Made by a program: the position numbers and the translations under genes
Shown: piece by piece, positions 50,545 to 64,000 of the stretch
How the letters are laid out: each line of letters opens with the position of its first letter
Position numbering within the stretch: position 1 is the first letter of the stretch
Notes under the pieces: model-generated
What the model was told of the DNA's origin: nothing
Database searches by the model: none
Seen by the model: only the letters and a program-made list of their open reading frames with translations
Assembly (NCBI RefSeq): GCF_000002075.1
Contig: NW_004798032.1
Coordinates: forward strand, 103,517 to 167,516
Source: Aplysia californica
Taxonomy: Eukaryota
Reading direction: 5' to 3'
Length of the DNA stretch: 64,000 bases

Positions 50545-50823
50545 GGACGCTCAATGTTAAAAACAATCAGGAAACGACAAATGCAGTTTTTGGGACACCT
50601 GAATATACATAAGGGTCTTGAACATCTAGCTCTCACTGGCAAAATTGAGGGTAAGCGAGGCAGGGGTAGGCCCAGAACAATATACTTTAGGAACCTACAC
50701 AAATGGGTAACAGGGAAAGATCAGGGAAACGTAGCTTTTCTGAGAGCATCCGAGCAAAGGAATGAATGGAAAATCATGATCGCCGATGACTGTCGCAGAT
50801 CTGGCACTGGATGATGATGAGAT
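50545..50823 (+). mobile_element. RTE-type LINE 3' end with (GAT)n tail
   Basis: IRKRQMQFLGHL..LTGKIEGKRGRGRPR..WKIMIAD, then a stop and GATGATGATGA. Confidence 0.75.
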
Positions 50824-50967
50824 GGAGGAACATTTGGTTTCTGATCTCACGGTCTTAGTCAAAAAACGGCTAAAATGTAAGTGTAATTCTTAGGTGTAGC
50901 GGTATGTCAACATCACGGTTGCTGGTTGGCGTTGTGCATATGCGACTGGCAAGTTGGTGACTGCCTG

Positions 50968-51152
50968 TGGTTGGTTGGCGGGTGCTCTGGTGTGGTATGC
51001 TTCTTCTTTCCTTTTAATCATCAATCGTCTTTATCTCCCCTTCTTCTTTTTTATGTTTGTTACTCTCTTGTAACACCTCTAATCTTCTGGCGCTCATATG
51101 ACCTTATGCTGTTGCGAGCGTAGAAAAACCTCTACTAAAACTTTTTTTAAAA
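50968..51152 (+). mobile_element. Retroposon family A copy
   Basis: 12-bp TSD GGTGACTGCCTG at 50956-50967 and 51153-51164. Confidence 0.85.
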
Positions 51153-51974
51153 GGTGACTGCCTGGGCTTCAGCGGTCAGGTTTTCAAGCTGCATGTAACA
51201 CAATGGTGCTTTCTGACACTGACAGGTCACCTGGGGCAAAATTGCAAGGGGGAATGGAGTGCTCCCTTTTTGGGTCTTTTCCTTTCACTTACACTCTTTC
51301 TTACTTCTTTGCTGACCTTTTGTGTTGGAAGAAATTCTCAACAAAATCAAAGAACAGAAGAGTAGGTGGTTGGCGGGTGCTCTGGTGTGGTTTGCTTCTT
51401 CTTTCCTATCAAACATCTATTGTTCCCATCTCTCTTCCTTTTTGATTTTTTTGTGTTTGTCAATGTTGCTTTCTCGTAACACCTTATCTTTCATTTGGCA
51501 CTTACTACACGTTATATAACCTAGGCTCAAATTTTGTTGCAAGTGCCGTAAAACTTACCTAAACAAAGAGAAGCTAGAACACTCACTAGTTCATGCTGAC
51601 TAATTCCAGCGGTCTGGGTACTGCACACATGTACATGTACTGTGTTGTACCTTAAAAAAAAAATAATTTGTAAAATTGTATTATTTTATATTTTAATTTT
51701 TTTTAAAGGATTTTATTAAATTATAAAAAAAAAAAATTTTAAAAAATAGATATATACTTTTTTTCTTTAAAATTTATTTTTAAAAAATTGTTTTAATTAA
51801 AGAAATTTTTATTTAACAAAAACATTTTATTATGAAAAAAAAAATTTATTATTTATTTTATTTATCTAAATCTATCTATTTTTAAAAAGTGCTGTAACTT
51901 TGTAATGGAGCTGTGAACGATAATGGATGAACGGGCTGAGAGCACTGAATTGTGTCATCATCAAAATACCTTTC

Positions 51975-52290
51975 ACTTTTACCCCTGGCAGGGTATAGGC
52001 CATACAAACTTCCATTTATCTCTGTCCTGGTCCATCCTTCCAAGCTCGTACCAAGTGAGCTTCGTCTCTCTCATGTCCCTTTCCACACGTCTCCTCCGTG
52101 TTTCCCATGGCCTACCCCTGCCTCGTGCCCCCTGTGGGTTCCATTACAGTGACTGTCCTGTGGTGATGTTTCCGCTGGGATTTTTGAGGGTGTGTCCCAT
52201 CCATCGCCTCTTTCTTAGTCCTATTTCTAATTCTATATCCCACAGCTCTTCATTTCTTATTCTATCCTGTCACTTATCTTCTTAGGATAC
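51975..52290 (-). mobile_element. RTE-type LINE 3' fragment
   Basis: Minus strand reads GHTLKNPSGNITGQSL*WNPQGARGRGRPWETRRR. Confidence 0.65.
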
Positions 52291-55200
52291 TCCTCATACT
52301 CCTGTGTGGGTGGTTGGCGGGTGGTCTGGTGTGGTTTGCTTCTTCTTTCCTATCATACATCTATCGTCTTTATCTCTCCTTTTTTGTGTTTGTTACTCTC
52401 TTGTAACGCCTCTAATCTTTGGCTCTTATATGACCGTAATGTGTTGCAAGTGCCGTAAAACTCTTACTGAAACTTCATATATCTGTAAGGGCCAACTTGT
52501 GCTGAGAGTGAGAGATACAATATCCCAGCAGAAAGTCAAAGTCAAAGTGAGATTGAAAGACAGAGATAAAAATTTCTTCCGACTTAGAGTCCTGTGTGTG
52601 TGATGATAAAACGCCTACACGCTACACCACAGATGCCAGTAGGTAAAGGCTCATGTCTCTCTCGTCTTGGGAAAGGACAACACGTGTGGACACATTACAT
52701 ATAGGCCTACCTGATATGGTCGCTTTTAAGCACAAGTTTTTGCCCCTTTCAGTTTCTATAAACAGTAACAGGGATGCCAAATCTCCGGTTTTTTCATACA
52801 CTTGCAAAGGAAAGGGGGATGGTAAGAGAAATGTTTTTGTTTGCTCATTGAAAGATTTTACAAGGTTCGTTTTAGGTGAGGTGTGATGCTCCGCTCATTT
52901 TCAGTTAAAAAGAAAAATCATTTGGCATCCCTGTATAAAAGACAAGGAGAGTTTTCTCTATAACCGAACAAATAAAAGATACACCAAGGAAACCAAACTT
53001 TTATAGTAGTGTAGTAGTAGGTAGGGCAACGCCCACTTTTGGCATTCATCAAGATTTCTGGAAACCCCCGAAATCTGGGTTAGGCCGCTTGTCCTTGAAA
53101 GTAAAAGTAAAAGCGACCATTTATTGCTGGGAAAGGGCGACACATGTACAAGTAGGCTACATGTACACATTACCTCATTTATTGCTGGGAAAGAAGTAGA
53201 CTGACACAAACAACAGAGGGAAAAGATGGAAGTAGGTTTTATCAGTTTCATTTTTTTGCAAGAGTTTTATTTTCAACACTTGCAACACAAATGAGTCATA
53301 TTATATCTGCTGAAGATTAGAGGTTTTACTAGAAAGTAACATTCAAAGTAAAGGAGAGAGACAAAGACGATAAATGTTGGATGGAAGGCAGCCGCTATTT
53401 TCATGACATGTTGTGGAAAAAAAATCTACGTGCGTTTTCACGACTTGATTTTCTCTTTTTTCTCTTTGCACCAATCAGTAAACAGCTGGGTCATGCCAAA
53501 GGGTATAGATTAGACTCTCTGCCCTCTGCTGGCCATGCTTTTCTCTCTCTCTCTCAATAAGAATGGCGGATGCAAATCCCCATCCCTTCGAAGTGGGACG
53601 AATCTTTAAATTGTATTGTGAGTTGACGGAAAGAAGAAGCAAACCACACCAGAGCACCTGTCAACCACCCACAACCTCCCAACTGCCCCAGTATAATAAT
53701 AATGAATGATAATGGTGATGATACGAAAATAATAATGATGACACAAATTGGAAAAAGAAACACAACAAGAGCTTTCAATCATATATTTTTTTTTCTTCAA
53801 ATTTTATTGCTGCTTGTCCAAATTCTCTCAGTTAGTTACATCATGTACGTACTACTATGCACACGTGTACCTCTAGTGGTTGCAAAACTGACGTGGTGAA
53901 CAGAACCACTACAGTCGGCCAGTAGTAGTAGTGCTTTTGCAGCAAGCTGACCACACGAGTGGACGATATTACAAGTGGTGCTATCTTGAAGTAGATTCAT
54001 TTACACACACACCAAAACTGAGATTGTTGACTGAAACACGTTTTTTTTTTTTTTTAGCTGACAAAATGAAAGAGAATAGATAGAGTGAGAGAGAGGTAGA
54101 GAGAGAGAGAGAGATGGGTGATGTAGAAGAAGTAGAAGATTATGAACATGCTGCCAATATAACAATTATTACATGGGTAAGATTTTTATGCTTAGATTTG
54201 TGATGGCCTTATCATATCTGCAAACATACAGAAGAATTATGCGGAACTATCATCATTAAATTAACAACACACAATAAGACACGTAATTTCTCGTAAAGCA
54301 AAAGTGGTGAGCAAATCTGTGTCCTCTCTAATTTTTTACAACATGTGCAAACCTGCCCCCTGTATAGTAGTAGTATTCCCTGAAAAATTTATCCCCCCCC
54401 CCCCCCCCCCCAAATTTTTACTACTCAGTGAACGAACAAACAGAAGGTCTTGGGGACATTCTTTGTTACTCGCTAATCCAACAAATGATGTACAAGCACA
54501 AGCACAAAAAAAAGTATTGTATAATTCGCACAAAGTATACCAAAATAACAAAACAAACCAAGAGTGGGTTGGTTGGGGGAAGGCACATTACTAGAAATAT
54601 AAACAAACCGCGCATAGGAGATGTTTCCATACTGAGTACGGAGGTGCCATAAAAATTAATTCTTCTTCGGAAATTTAATATTTGAGCCTTTAAGTCTGGA
54701 ACAGCTTTTGAGTAATGGTAACATTTCTCTCAGAGTCTCTGGCAAAAATACTTTCCCTTTCACTCAATAAGCTGGAAGAAGTAAGCTGTGTACATTCGTA
54801 AGCAAATAAACTAAACACTCAAACCGTGAAGGCCCTACTAAAGAAGAGCTTGCAAAAAAGAAACCAATTTGTACGAATAAGAAAAAAAGAAGCTTTTTTG
54901 TACAAAAGCTGACCATTTCTACTAGTACTAGTTAGCAAACGAGCTACAGTGGGGTAAAAGCAATACAGCACCCGGATCAGGTGGGAGCCGCTTCAAGAAA
55001 TGAGGCGGAAAATATATTTACAAAATAATTTTTCTATTCTGAACGCACGCTGGCTAATGTGTGTGCGGGAATGAGTGAGTGTACATGTATACCGTGTATA
55101 TATAGGTCTCACAGACAACTGACAGAGGATCTTAACAGCAGACATCAGAAAGTGTACAATAAAATAAATTACAAACGGCATTTGCTCGCTAGGTCATCAA

Positions 55201-55575
55201 ATTTCAACTACTACAACTACAACTTCTTTTTTCCTAATCAACGAATTCGCCAACTTTTGATATCAAACAAGCAGTGTAAAAACGATGTAAAACGTAACTC
55301 TACTCTTTGCAGGAGGAAGGTTACACCTGTCGTCAACAACAAGTAACACCCGCCGTTGTCATCATCTCAGTCTATTCAAAATGAATCAAAATGTGACAGG
55401 TATATTAAAAAAAAATATATAAAAAAAAGTAGTCTTGTATAACTAAGATCTTGTACATGATGTGCACTACAATCAAGAGAGCAAAACTTATTTTAAAAAC
55501 AAAACTAAAATGACATTGTTTTACACAGGAACAACTTTCAAAATTTACAAAAACCACTCTGCCCGAGGACCTACT

Positions 55576-55762
55576 TTAGTTTTAGTAAGCGTTTCACGGC
55601 ACTTGCAACACAATTAGGTCATATTATTAGTGCCGAAGATTAGAGGTGTTACAAGAGAGTAACTTAACAAACGCAAAAAAGAAGGAGGATGGGAGATAAG
55701 GACGATAGACGTTTGGTAGGAAAGACGAAGCAAACCACACCAGAGCACCTGCCAACCACCCA
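55576..55762 (-). mobile_element. Retroposon family A copy
   Basis: Full-length match to the family consensus. Confidence 0.8.
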
Positions 55763-57074
55763 CGAGGACTTGCTTGAAGCAAGTAACTTAATAGTCTCAA
55801 AGTATTGTTGGTGCTTTTAAACATCATGTATCATTATTATGCTTTTAAAAAAAAATCCATATTATTTCAAAAGCAAATTAATTGACCAAAATGACAAAAC
55901 CCCATATCTACTTGTTCAATACAACGTGACTGACAGACAAAAATGAGGATAGTCCACCGTACGAGAATTCTATTTTCCTCAACAGTCAGGTTTCAAGTTA
56001 AAAAAACAAAAAAAACAACAACAAACAAAACCAAACAGGACCAACAGTTGAGTGTGACCCGCCACGACAGCCCAGGGCACTGGGGGAAAACAAAAAACAT
56101 ATCCACCTCCCCTCAGCGACAAAAACATGCATCTTCTAATTACAGCCACACCGAGGACTGGAACCCGAGGAGAAAGTCCAGATCATAAAAATACGATCGA
56201 TATATTATATCATTAGCGAGAAAGATGTGGCTTTACTTTACTTTACTCCTGCAGGCATCAACAGGAGGGTCCAACAAACAAACAAAAGAAAAAAACCAAA
56301 ACAGAGCAGATGAAAAGAAAGAACAGGAGGAGAGACACACAGGATGTCTGAACGTGGAACAGAATGAGCTAGAGAAACTTGAAACGGAGGAAGGAAGAAA
56401 GGATAGATGGATGGAGGCAGAAAGAAAACATGTACAGAGGGGTGGGTGGGGAGGGGAGGGGGGAATAGATGTTAAATTAAAGAATGAAGAGTGAATGTGT
56501 GAAGGAGGTCCAGTGTGTTGTACAAAAAAACAAAAAACACAAAGAACTTTTAATTCAATACAATCTATTCTATACACAGTAGTGAGAGTGCTACACAAGG
56601 CAGAGTTTTCATCAACAATAAAGAAGCTGTCCCCGCGGTTTTATGCAAGAAAAATTCTGAAATTATGCAAATTGAGCCCAAAAATGTGAAATTATGCGAC
56701 TCTTTGTTGTTTTTATTTATTTAAAAAAAATCAAAGAATGATAAAGGAAAATAATCAGAAATTATGCCCAAAAAATGATCAAATTTTGCTAAATTATGCG
56801 GGGTGCATAAACCCCCGGGGACAGAACAATAAAGAAGAAGGTAACAATCCCATCATATCAATAACCTCTGGAACGTGGGCACTATACAGTAGCAACATGG
56901 CACAAAAGCTCATAAATAAAAAGAGAAAGTAAGAATGGATGGGGTATGTATACACATGTATGTGACAACAACAACAAAAAAAAAAAAAAACCCCAAACAA
57001 AGAAACAACAGCAACAACTTTATGGAATGTAAGCTCATCTCATACTTCCTCCTCCTGCTCCTGCCACTTCTCTG

Positions 57075-57320
57075 GCCAACAAACCCACGCACAGCACTGA
57101 CATTGACCGACAGACGCTAACAAACCCACGTACAGTTCTGACACTGACAGACGCCAACAAACCCACGTACAGTTCTGACATTGTTGACTGACAGACGCCA
57201 ACAAACCCACGTACAGTTCTGACATTGACTGACAGACGCCAACAAACCCACGTACAGTTCTGACATTGACCGACAGACGCCAACAAACCCACGTACAGTT
57301 CTGACACTGACAGACTGACA
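57075..57320. repeat. ~43-bp minisatellite
   Basis: GCCAACAAACCCACGTACAGTTCTGACATTGACCGACAGAC x ~6. Confidence 0.9.
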
Positions 57321-57423
57321 GCGTGTCATCACCAGAACCAGACATTGCATAGAGACAAGATCGCTGACGACTGATCTACTACAAGGCCATGGCAGTTGAG
57401 CTGACCAGCGGGACAAATTATCC

Positions 57424-57765
57424 CACGACACACACACAGCGAGGACGTGCGGGAACGTAAATCACACGACACACGCGCACAGCTCGGACAATGTGTGTCG
57501 CACTGTATATCACACGACACACACACACACAAAGCGAGGACGTGTGGGAACGTAAATCACACGACACACGCGTACAGCTCGGACAATGTGTGTCGCACTG
57601 TATATCACACGACACACACACACACAAAGCGAGGACGTGTGGGAACGTAAATCACACGACACACGCGTACAGCTCGGACAATGTGTGTCGGACTGTATAT
57701 CACACGACACACACACACACGACACACAGAGTGAGGACAATGTATGTGGGACTGTAAATCACACT
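57424..57765. repeat. ~90-bp minisatellite
   Basis: GCGAGGACGTGTGGGAACGTAAATCACACGACACACGCGTACAGCTCGGACAATGTGTGTCG x ~3.5. Confidence 0.9.
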
Positions 57766-59361
57766 ACTCAATGAGGCATGTCGACACAGACGGAAAAGTG
57801 CAGCGATCTAACAAATGGATCGAAGATCACAGCATGGGAGAAACAATAACTCGCAGAAAGTTGTAGAAACTTTGCTCTTGTTGATTTAGCGCTAAACGAC
57901 GTCTATATCATACAACTTCTTCTTCTTCATTTTTTTATGTTTTTGTTTTTGATTGAACAAAAATAAAGATTTGAAAAAAAAAAAAAAAGATTCAGCAATA
58001 TTATGCAGATTGGAATGTTCAAATATGAATGTCCCCGACTCGACAAGGAAAAAAGAATCACACAGCTGTTACTTCCATCGTTTGATTCACTTTTGTTTGT
58101 ACCAACCGCTCACTGACACAAGGACCCCGCTCGTGGGCCGGACATTGTCTTTCTTGAGGGGGAAACGTGACGGAGGAATTTAAACGTGATCGAAACACTG
58201 GCCCAGCCCAGCCCAGGCCAGGCCAGGCTAAGGGCCGCAACAAACATTTTTCCTTTCTCATTCAGATTCAGAGCGTCATTCTTGTGACGGGCAAAAATAT
58301 CACAAAGTAAGCGCGTGATCGAGTGAAGGGTGGCTAGTAGTAGTTTAGCGCTACATACAGATTCTCAAGTATTTACTGCATAAAAGTAAAGGAAAAAAAA
58401 AAACACTTTAGAAGGATCTATAAATAGCTCATTCTGGAAGGCATGTAAAAAGTATGTACATGAAAAAAGAAAAGTGAATCACTTCGTATAAAATGGAGTT
58501 AGCAGAAATTCACCAAGCAGCTAAGAATGAATCACAGAGAGAGATCTGGAAATGTGGATATATATATATAATATATCATATTTATACGTATATATAACAG
58601 TACTTTCTCTTCAAGGCACAAGTCAGTAACAATAGCCAAAAGAGGGGGGGGGGGAAAAGGAAGTAATAAACAGCAAATGAGAAATACACCTGCTCTCAGA
58701 GACATTACCTTTTCTCTCCCTTTCCTTTACAAAAAACCCCCCAAAACCACACCAACGAATTTCAGGATTAACTTCCTCAGAATACAATTGTGGCATACTA
58801 CTAATCTTGCACCCACCCACCCACCCATCCTGTATACCCATGGTACAAGACAACAGATTGAACTGAACCTAGCATACATATATATATATATATGAATGAG
58901 CAAAGCTACACTCAGACCGCATCAAAGAGAGTTACAGTTACATATATCACAGTATCAACATATTTGATTGAATGATTTAGCCTTGCGCTAACAGGTGACA
59001 AAGACACGCTACTAAACACGACGAAGGGAACAAGGCATCGGTAACATCAGAGCTTTCTTAGAGCACTAGTTCATAATGTACAAACGTTACAAGAGAGAGG
59101 GAGATACAGACAAAAAAAAAGAAGTAAATTTGGTTTCGCGTTCGTCCTACAAAAAATCCCGCCAACTCGGACCTCTCAAATTATCCATATATATATATAA
59201 AATACAAATTTTATTTATAAACATCTCTCCCAGAGCAGAGAGAGTGACACGCATGCAATAAACACTCTCGTTCACACACACACACGCACATGCATGCACA
59301 CGCGTTAACAGTTGCAGCAGTCACTCTTGAGCAAGTGGCATTTCCGTGATTTCCTCGTCCA

Positions 59362-59575
59362 AGTACAGAACAGTAGACAACGGCATGGCCTACAGTACAA
59401 TACAGTACAGTACCGATGTACAGCGGCATGGCCTACAGTAGTACAGAACAGTACAGTACAGTACCGGTGTACAGCGGCATGGCCTACAGTAGTACAGAAC
59501 AGTACAGTACCGGTGTACAGCGGCATGGCCTACAGTAGTACAGAACAGAACAGTACAGTACCGGTGTACAGCGGC
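59362..59575. repeat. ~40-45-bp minisatellite
   Basis: CGGCATGGCCTACAGTAGTACAGAACAGTACAGTACCGGTGTACAG x ~5. Confidence 0.9.
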
Positions 59576-59625
59576 GTGGTGCTACAGGCAAAAGGCACCA
59601 TCCAAAGTATGCCACAAGAACAAAT

Positions 59626-59824
59626 TACAGCGCAGCCCGTCTATAACAACAACCGTCGATATTATAACGACATCCTCTTTCTGTATAGCGACACGGTGCC
59701 CAGGTCCTGATCCCCCCCCCCCTCATATATCATTAGTAATATTTTTAGTCGCTTCTCTATTCATAACGAAACGACATATTTTTCTCTGGTCCTGACGATG
59801 TGGCTGTAGAGAGGCTGCACTGTA
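59626..59824. mobile_element. Tc1/mariner-like MITE with TA flanks
   Basis: TACAGCGCAGCC..CTATA / TGTAGAGAGGCTGCACTGTA; related end near 27640-27746. Confidence 0.55.
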
Positions 59825-60480
59825 TATTCTACACATAAAGGCACAAGTGTTGCTTTGGACACAAAACTACACTACCAGGCTAAGACTGGGGGGAATACAT
59901 CTGCAAACTGGAACCCCCCCCCCCCAAGCCTTTACAATATATATAAATATATATGAGCAACATGTATACCTGTAAGGCAGGGCCGACAGCTGATCTTCTA
60001 TTTGATAAAATTGCCTGAGTCTATGGGCCCGTCAGACTGCCTGAGCCTATGTATGTATGTATGTATGGACAGCTATCCGAGATGTGAAAAAAAGTTTGGG
60101 CTATCCTGCTGCCTCAATCAGCCAGGACATTTCCCCCCCTTCAAAACATAGTGAAATCGTATACAGAGGAAATTTTCATTCTTCTTTGTACAAAAAACGA
60201 CTTTTTCTCACAATCTCAAGACCAAACTACGCGCCCATATCTTTTAAAAGGGTAGAAGAATTGTGTGTCCTCTCTAAGGCAATTGAAGAAGAAATTATGA
60301 ATCCCTCGTGATTTTCTGTCAGCATCTGCACCGACTGTTCACTGAAACGCCCTGTTGAGATTTCTCTTCTCTATTGTTGCATAAGCAATATAACAACTGT
60401 GAAGCACATAAGTAAAATCCAACTGATCCAACTTTTCTCTTTCCTCCAACCTAAACATGTTCAAACTCCTTCCCTCAAGT

Positions 60481-63400
60481 TTAGTGCCAGTCGCGAGATT
60501 TGGGTCCAAACTTGAAGCACAGCTTTTTCGGGTAGTTTTTGTCCTTGGGCAGGTTAGAGAAGTAGCCCTCCAGTCGAGAATACCTGAAAAGTCAAAGTTG
60601 TACAAAACACATTTAGATGGAAGTCTTAGATATTGTAGCAAATATACTGTCGCCAGCATTCATCACTCTCTTATGTCAGAACACACGCTCAGATGAAGTC
60701 TTAGATGTATATATATACATATATTGTAGCAAATATACCGTCGCCAGCATTCACCATTATCGTAGTACGAGGCTCTCTGCTCAAACGCTCTAAAGATGCT
60801 TACGTTATTAATGTAATATTTTACTGTCCAAACCCTTTCCCCCTGACCCATCTGTTGAAGTTCTGTAAGCAAGTTATTCTTGTTCTCTGTCTACCTCTGC
60901 CTCTTTTGCCATCTAAATATCTAAGTACTCAGCAAGAGCAAGATGTTCAAAGCCGTCATGACGACTCAAGCCTAGCCAGTTTAACCAGCTAGAATGACAA
61001 AATAACGTTATGCGATCGACAGACAGACACCACAATATGATCAGACAGACAACACAATACGATCGCCAGACAAACAACATAATACGATCGACAGACAAAC
61101 CACACAATACGACAGACGGACAAACAATACAATACGATCCGATCTACGGGACAAACTCTCACCTGAGCGAGCGGCTGAGCTTTTCGTACGTCATTTTCTT
61201 TTTGTTGTTCTTCTTCTCCCCCCAGAGGCGGGCCACCTCGCTGGAGTTGACCACTCGGAACACCCCGTCCTTCTTCGAGATCCACTCGATGATGCCGCTG
61301 TACTCCGGGCCGTGCAGCAGGTCCCTCATAAACTCCCACAGGTGAAGCACGTTCGACACTGTTCAAAACCAGACCACAGAAAAACGAACCGTGAGCATGT
61401 GAACCACTCATCACAGACCACCTTGTACCGTCAACAGAGAAAACAATTTCGCAACTTTGACTGTGAAAATCATGTATGTATGTTACACAGGTGGCCGTTA
61501 CAGAAGGTTTGTCTGTAGACTATAGTTGTAGTGTATTAGTAAGTGCTGGTACGTTTTGTTTTTACTGTTGTCCTCACGTGTATAAAACTAATGTATCATG
61601 GTTGTGAAAGTTCTTTTTTATGTGGTAGAACTGATTTTTCTTGCTACTGTGAAATATTTTGTCTTGCGTGAATTTCTCAGTGACCATGTGACTGATGTAA
61701 AGCGCTGAGAGCCTAAACAAGTATGGGATATATAGAGCGCTATAAAAATGCAATCTATAATTATTAATGTTAGTTTGCCGGAGAGTCAACATACCTTGGC
61801 CCGGTTTCCGTCCCGGCTTCCGCCTCTCCTTGTCAGCGATCGGCGGCGACTCTCTCTGCCGTTTCCTTTCCTTGGTGCAAGATGAGGAGGCCGGCCGCGA
61901 CTCTGGCATGTTTTGCTGCTCCCCCTCTGATGGCAGGTTCTGGAAAATCAAGAAAAGTAACAATTTACAAAACAATTTGGAAAATATATGCTATTTTTTA
62001 AGAACACACAAGAGTGGTTAAAACATTTCCCATTGCTAGTTTCCTGACATATTTTTAAATAAGAACTCATTTTTAGAAACTTGCATATGATATATGTCCA
62101 TTTAGAAAAGAGTTTAGCCACAGAGATCGACATTGTCAAAATATCTCATTCGCCCTAAATTTAACCGCATCTTTACTTCAAAGACTAAAACTAAAAATTA
62201 AATGCTTAAAAATAATAAAGTAAAACTATACATTATATTTTTTAAAGTGTTACTTTTTCAAGAACACAGAATAGTGATTCAAATATACTATAAATATACA
62301 TTGTTAGGGTCTGCCAGTTGTCGCAAAGAGTGGGGCACCGACTGAAAGACCAACACAGTCATACATAGTGACAGGTGACTAACGTTATTGCCGACAGTCT
62401 TTAATGATGCCAGCAAACACATTTTCAGTTTTGAAAACCAACCTGGATTTTATCAAAATTGGGGAGGTTTTCCGGTAAACTGAGCTCTTCAACAAAGCCT
62501 TCATCAGAAGCAGGCGAAGGTTGTCTTCGCCACGTCTGACTGTGTGAAACTGCCTCTCGGTGGTAGATGTCGGACGAGTAGTCCACGCTGTGGGCCACAT
62601 TGGGCACATAGCCGCAGGGTCCAGGCTCATAGCTGCTATCATAATCTTCTGGGAACAAACACGAAGGGAAAAAAAAAATTCAGTATGAAACCCAGGTGGC
62701 AAATTATTATAAAACTAACTATAACCTCTGGAAAGGAATCCCCAGGCTTCTCTGTCTCATATATTATATCACAACAGCCCGAGGATCAGAAGGAAGGTGT
62801 TGGATTCAGTCGCAGTCGTGTGTATTGTACGGCCTACTACTTGCCCCTTCCCTTACCAACTAGATATCTAGATCTAGAATCTAGTAGAAAAGTAAGTGAC
62901 TGTCTGCTTACTGTATAAACACTTACCACTAAAATAATTGACTCCAGACCAAATTATCAATGTAGATCTAGACTCTATATCTAATTAGGCCTAGGGGCCT
63001 ACTTGTTTCAGTTGGTTATGATCTAGTTCACGAACTAAAATAAATAGTGACAGGCTTTTATCAGCACCTAAAAAAAAAGAACCACACAGTGACCTACTTT
63101 TTAAAAAGTAGTCTAGCCTCATTGCAGGGGACATGGGACAAAAAAAATGACATGTTTTATCAGTAATAGAAATCTTGATCTTAGAAATCAGACGTACAAT
63201 TGATAACAGTAAACTTCTGATCCTGTGAACATTAAACCAATGCTGCAGCTGGTCTCATTATTATATGTCATCAGAATTTTTCAAAGAGAGATCCCCAAGA
63301 AGACATGGGACGAGATTCTAGTTCCCTGCCCTACCAACCAGGATCTTGCTTGAGCTTGCAGATCCTGCCTAACTACGTTAGTTAGCCTAAGTCTAGAAAT

Positions 63401-63804
63401 CTAAGTAAAATATAAGGCCCCAGGAAGAGAAAAACAAATGAAGACAGAACAATAAGACCACTTAAAAGACGTTTTCACCCGTAACAAACAAAAAAATACG
63501 TATCTTTACTTTATAATTTCTGGTTTGCCGAGTCACAATAACACAACCTAAATCTAGGTCTGTGGCCTATTGTCAATCTACTTCCTGCTTCGTCAAGGGT
63601 ATTGACTTTGGCGTCTTGGGTCTTGTATTCCCTCGTCCACACACACGGCACAAGAACCACCGAAAATTACAGGAAACACTCTTTCAACTCGACTCACTAC
63701 ACTAAACACTTACCACTGTAATACTTTGGGATCGCATCAAGGTCTGATTCTATCTTTTTACTATCTATTCGTAGATCTAGTGGCTCAGGACAACATGAAC
63801 ACAT
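60481..63804 (-). CDS. ETS-domain transcription factor, ESE (ELF3/ELF5/EHF)-like, ~246 aa
   Basis: Exons 63804-63714, 62648-62443, 61939-61795, 61358-61163, 60583-60481; 741 nt, phases 1,0,1,2. ETS domain [65 protein letters not shown]. The first exon and start codon are less certain. Confidence 0.88.
61008..61145. repeat. ~23-25-bp degenerate minisatellite next to an ETS exon donor
   Basis: ACAATACGATCGACAGACAAAC-like units. Confidence 0.75.
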
Positions 63805-64000
63805 GTTGTAGACAGTAACACATTTCGCTTCCTGGTGACGATGCTCGAAAATAGTCGGGAAAGGAATGTAGGGGACGTAACCGTCAAATTAATCACGGTG
63901 GATAAACAACAGCACATACAAGAACGAAAACGAAAGTACACGAAAACAACCGAAGGGCAATTGACGTCCTGTTGAAAGTGCCCTCTCCTTGCGCAAGAGT

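Noticed and set aside
51655-51885. Extremely AT-rich tract as an organellar insertion or origin
   Set aside because: No recognisable organellar gene; simple low-complexity sequence.
57075-57765. CRISPR-like array
   Set aside because: Tandem units without unique spacers, in a eukaryotic context with no cas genes.

Overview
Eukaryotic (metazoan) genomic DNA, AT-rich and repeat-dense, with four N-gaps. Repeat types are consistent with a mollusc or other lophotrochozoan, but that is inference. Five intron-containing genes were assembled by hand from GT-AG sites with consistent phases: (1) the first coding exon of a CEPT1/CHPT1-type phosphotransferase (-, runs off the window); (2) a 7-exon, ~1077-aa type-I membrane protein with signal peptide, Ig, two LDLa repeats, TM and a ~850-aa disordered tail, resembling LDLRAD3 (-); (3) thymidylate synthase TYMS (-, 8 coding exons, 331 aa); (4) ribosomal protein RPS16 (+, TCT/5'TOP start, 146 aa), hosting a well-formed H/ACA RNA candidate; (5) a short ESE-like ETS factor (-, 5 exons, 246 aa). 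The rest is SINEs, LINE 3' fragments, MITEs and tandem repeats. Main observations: the Ig-LDLa receptor with a thrice-repeated tail motif; a retroposon family whose orientation almost always follows host transcription and whose tails often lie next to splice acceptors; (TAGATC)n/TAGGCCTA palindromes clustered near gene 5' ends; and the intronic H/ACA RNA.
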